DNA of 64,000 nucleotides from Thiomicrospira sp. Lineage in GTDB: Bacteria > Pseudomonadota > Gammaproteobacteria > Thiomicrospirales > Thiomicrospiraceae. The position numbers and the translations under genes were made by a program. The stretch spans positions 669 to 64,668 of the forward strand of contig JAVETW010000004.1 of assembly GCA_034005865.1 (NCBI GenBank). Reading direction: 5' to 3'. Below, one piece after another: positions 61,706 through 64,000 of this stretch. The notes below the pieces were generated by a model. The model was given only the letters and a program-made list of their open reading frames with translations, was not told the DNA's origin and did no database searches. Every line of letters begins with the position of its first letter. The first letter of the stretch is position 1.

Positions 61706-61796
61706 TACCACAGAGACACCAAGGCACGAAGATTGTTAAAACAAAGAAGTTGAAACGTTAAACATCTTCGTGTTCTTCGTGACCTTCGTGGTTTAA
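61706..61796. repeat. CACGAAG-module hairpin repeat
   Basis: TACCACAGAGACACCAAGGCACGAAG...CATCTTCGTGTTCTTCGTGACCTTCGTGGTTT, with three 9-nt units. Confidence 0.7.
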
Positions 61797-61928
61797 AACA
61801 ACCGATTTGCACAACTAATTTGCGTCAGCGGGGTGCAGTAATAAACGCTTTCACAGACAATATAACGCGCTAATCGTGTCATCGTAAAACCATCTATCAT
61901 TCATTTATTTTTTGCGCAGAGGTGTGCT

Positions 61929-63152
61929 ATGCCAGTGGGTCTTTCAAACGAATTGCCGGTGATTCATCCGGTAGCCGGTGCGTATTTAGGCGCGACGGCA
62001 GCTAAAATCAAAAAGAACGGAAAAACCGATTTAGTGGTGATTGAGTTTGTCGAGGGCAGTGTCACCGCCGCGACGTTTACCACTAATGCCTGCTGTGCCG
62101 CGCCGGTGACGGTGGCGAAACAACACCTGGCAAAAGCACAGCCGCGCGCGCTATTGATTAACAGTGGGAATGCGAATGCCGCTACCGGTGAACCAGGCCT
62201 GCTAAATGCTCGTCAAAGCTGTGAATGGCTGGCGGCAGAACTCGGTTGTAAAACTGAAGAAATCCTACCTTTTTCAACCGGCGTGATAGGCGAACCCTTG
62301 CCGATGCAAAAAATTCAAGCGGGTTTACCAGATGCCCTAGCCAATCGCAAAATTGACGGCTGGGCGCAGGCGATGGCCGGTATTATGACCACCGATATCG
62401 TGCCGAAAATGGTCAGTCGTGTGGTGAAAATTGACGGCCATGATGTCACTATTACCGGTATGGCAAAAGGTTCGGGCATGATTCATCCGAATATGGCCAC
62501 TATGTTGGGTTATGTGGTGACTGATGCCAAAATTACCGCCGAATTGTTGGATGTGTGTCTGAAAAATGCGGTCAAACGGTCATTTAACCGCATTACGGTG
62601 GATGGCGACACCTCCACCAACGATGCTTGCACCCTAACCGCGACTCAGCAAGCGGATATGCCGACCATCACCGAGTTTAATAGTGCCGCCTATCAACAAT
62701 TCAGCGCTGAGATTTTAGATGTGATGACGATTCTAGCGCAGATGATTGTGCGTGACGGCGAAGGCGCAACCAAGTTTATCGCCGTTGAAGTCAATGGCGG
62801 CCAAAATGAAGAAGAATGTCTAAAAGTGGCGCATGCGGTCGCGTTATCGCCGTTGGTTAAAACGGCGATGTTTGCCTCCGATCCTAACTGGGGTCGTATT
62901 TTGGCGGCGGTGGGACGTGCAGGCCTGGTCGATTTGGATATTAATAAACTGCAAATTTTCTTGGGCGATGCGTGTATCGTGCGTAACGGCGGCCGCGCGG
63001 CTGACTACACCGAAGACCAAGGTCAGGCGGTGATGAAGCAAGAAGAGATTCACGTGCGCATCGAACTGAATCGTGGCACGGCATCAGAAACCGTGTGGAC
63101 CTGCGACTTCTCGTACGATTACGTTAAAATTAACGCCGAATATCGGTCTTAA
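61929..63152 (+). CDS. argJ: bifunctional ornithine acetyltransferase / N-acetylglutamate synthase
   Basis: KGSGMIHPNMATMLGYVVTDA (autoprocessing site ATML) and C-terminal DFSYDYVKINAEYRS. Confidence 0.95.
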   Translation: MPVGLSNELPVIHPVAGAYLGATAAKIKKNGKTDLVVIEFVEGSVTAATFTTNACCAAPVTVAKQHLAKAQPRALLINSGNANAATGEPGLLNARQSCEWLAAELGCKTEEILPFSTGVIGEPLPMQKIQAGLPDALANRKIDGWAQAMAGIMTTDIVPKMVSRVVKIDGHDVTITGMAKGSGMIHPNMATMLGYVVTDAKITAELLDVCLKNAVKRSFNRITVDGDTSTNDACTLTATQQADMPTITEFNSAAYQQFSAEILDVMTILAQMIVRDGEGATKFIAVEVNGGQNEEECLKVAHAVALSPLVKTAMFASDPNWGRILAAVGRAGLVDLDINKLQIFLGDACIVRNGGRAADYTEDQGQAVMKQEEIHVRIELNRGTASETVWTCDFSYDYVKINAEYRS

Positions 63153-63201
63153 TGAATCGCGCATAATGAAGCGTTCTTAGTTTTACACAAGAAGACACAG
63201 A

Positions 63202-63236
63202 GGCACGAAGATGGTTGTGATTTTCGTGCCTTTTTT
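63202..63236 (+). terminator. rho-independent terminator after argJ, built from a CACGAAG unit
   Basis: GGCACGAA-13 nt-TTCGTGCC followed by TTTTTT. Confidence 0.65.
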
Positions 63237-63253
63237 ATTGGAGAGGACATTGT

Positions 63254-64000
63254 ATGATTCAGGTCGCCGTGGGCTGTTTGGTGAAAGAGGGCAAGGTGTT
63301 AATTGGTCAACGTTTAGCGCGTCAATCGTTTGCCGGACAATGGGAGTTTCCCGGCGGCAAGCTTGAAACGGGCGAAACGCCGCAACAAGCGCTGATTCGA
63401 GAATTTGCCGAAGAAACTAATCTGCAAACGGCCGATTGGCAACCGCTGATTTCTTACCCTTGGGATCATGGTGATATTCAGGTGCAATTACATGTGTTTG
63501 TTAGTCACCAAGCGCAAGGCGAGTTAAAAGCGCATGAAGGTCATGCGTTTGAATGGTGTCCGATAGCCGAACTGGATAGCCGTGAAATGCTGGTGGCGAA
63601 TCGCGGTATCGTGCGTGCCTTGCAACTGCCGGAACGTTATATGATTTCCGGCAGTTTTCACGACCAGCAGGATGCCTTACAACGTATTCAGGCGGCGTTA
63701 AAAGACGGCATTAAACTGATTCAACTACGTGCTAAATCGCTGGAAAAAGACGCGTTTATTGCGCTGGCTAAAGCGGCTTTGCCTTTTGTTCACGGTCACG
63801 GTGCGAAATTATTGCTCAATGCGAAAGCCGAATGGTTGGCGGAAGTACCGCAAGCGGATGGATTACAGTTAGCCTCCACCGCGATTATGGATTTAACGCA
63901 ACGCCCGATTGGCGCGGATAAGTTATTGGCGGTATCAACCCATAATGAACTTGAAATAGCCAAGGCATTGGAGTTGAGCGCGGATTTTATTTTATTATCG
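63254..64000 (+). CDS. NUDIX (MutT-like) hydrolase fused to a ThiE/TenI-like domain; the 3' end lies outside the window
   Basis: I translated this myself: MIQVAVGCLVKEGKVLIGQR...WEFPGGKLETGETPQQALIREFAEETNL (NUDIX box), followed by IKLIQLRAK...LLLNAK...LAVSTHN, which is TMP-TENI-like. The ORF is open to the window end. Confidence 0.8.
   Translation, partial: MIQVAVGCLVKEGKVLIGQRLARQSFAGQWEFPGGKLETGETPQQALIREFAEETNLQTADWQPLISYPWDHGDIQVQLHVFVSHQAQGELKAHEGHAFEWCPIAELDSREMLVANRGIVRALQLPERYMISGSFHDQQDALQRIQAALKDGIKLIQLRAKSLEKDAFIALAKAALPFVHGHGAKLLLNAKAEWLAEVPQADGLQLASTAIMDLTQRPIGADKLLAVSTHNELEIAKALELSADFILLS

Overview
The window reads as gammaproteobacterial chromosome. This is inferred from synteny such as murC-ddl-ftsQ-ftsA, lpxC-dciA-secA-argJ-mutT, znuCB/znuA and sufBCDS; I cannot determine the genus by eye. 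It is densely coding. From left to right: yajQ (partial), argB, an envelope-stress-like two-component module with a CpxP/Spy-like protein, a methyltransferase plus Fe-ADH pair, HDOD and Tim44-like proteins, and truD. Next is an 11-kb array of four poly-HAMP methyl-accepting chemotaxis proteins with an embedded cheW. Then come a DEAD-box helicase, ppnN, cbpA, and a small accessory islet around rep (methyltransferase, Uma2, NYN, two MazF-type TA loci of which one is frameshifted, and an orphan membrane ORF). After that are yjdM, rph, a TPP-riboswitch-controlled thiC-thiO-thiS-thiG-mnmC-thiD string, znuCB/znuA plus a degenerate COG0523-like gene, sufBCDS, murC-ddl-ftsQ-ftsA, lpxC, a DciA-like gene, secA, argJ, and a partial MutT/ThiE-like fusion. 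I found no rRNA, tRNA, CRISPR array, transposase or integrase. The non-genic sequence is the unusual part. (1) The 8-bp palindrome CAGGCCTG occurs 29 times, against about 1 expected for equiprobable bases. It lies inside unrelated genes and next to stop codons, often extended to perfect palindromes of 16-32 bp, which resembles cyanobacterial HIP1 or an uptake-sequence-like element. (2) A MITE-like element of about 120-190 bp has CTGTTGACAATTC terminal inverted repeats. (3) A hairpin repeat network built on ACCACAGAGACACGAAG fills most intergenic spacers and abuts the start codons of thiC, thiS, thiG and sufS. Gene order is also odd in two places: ftsZ is absent between ftsA and lpxC, and mnmC is translationally coupled inside the thiamine operon. 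All repeat counts come from reading by eye and need computational confirmation.
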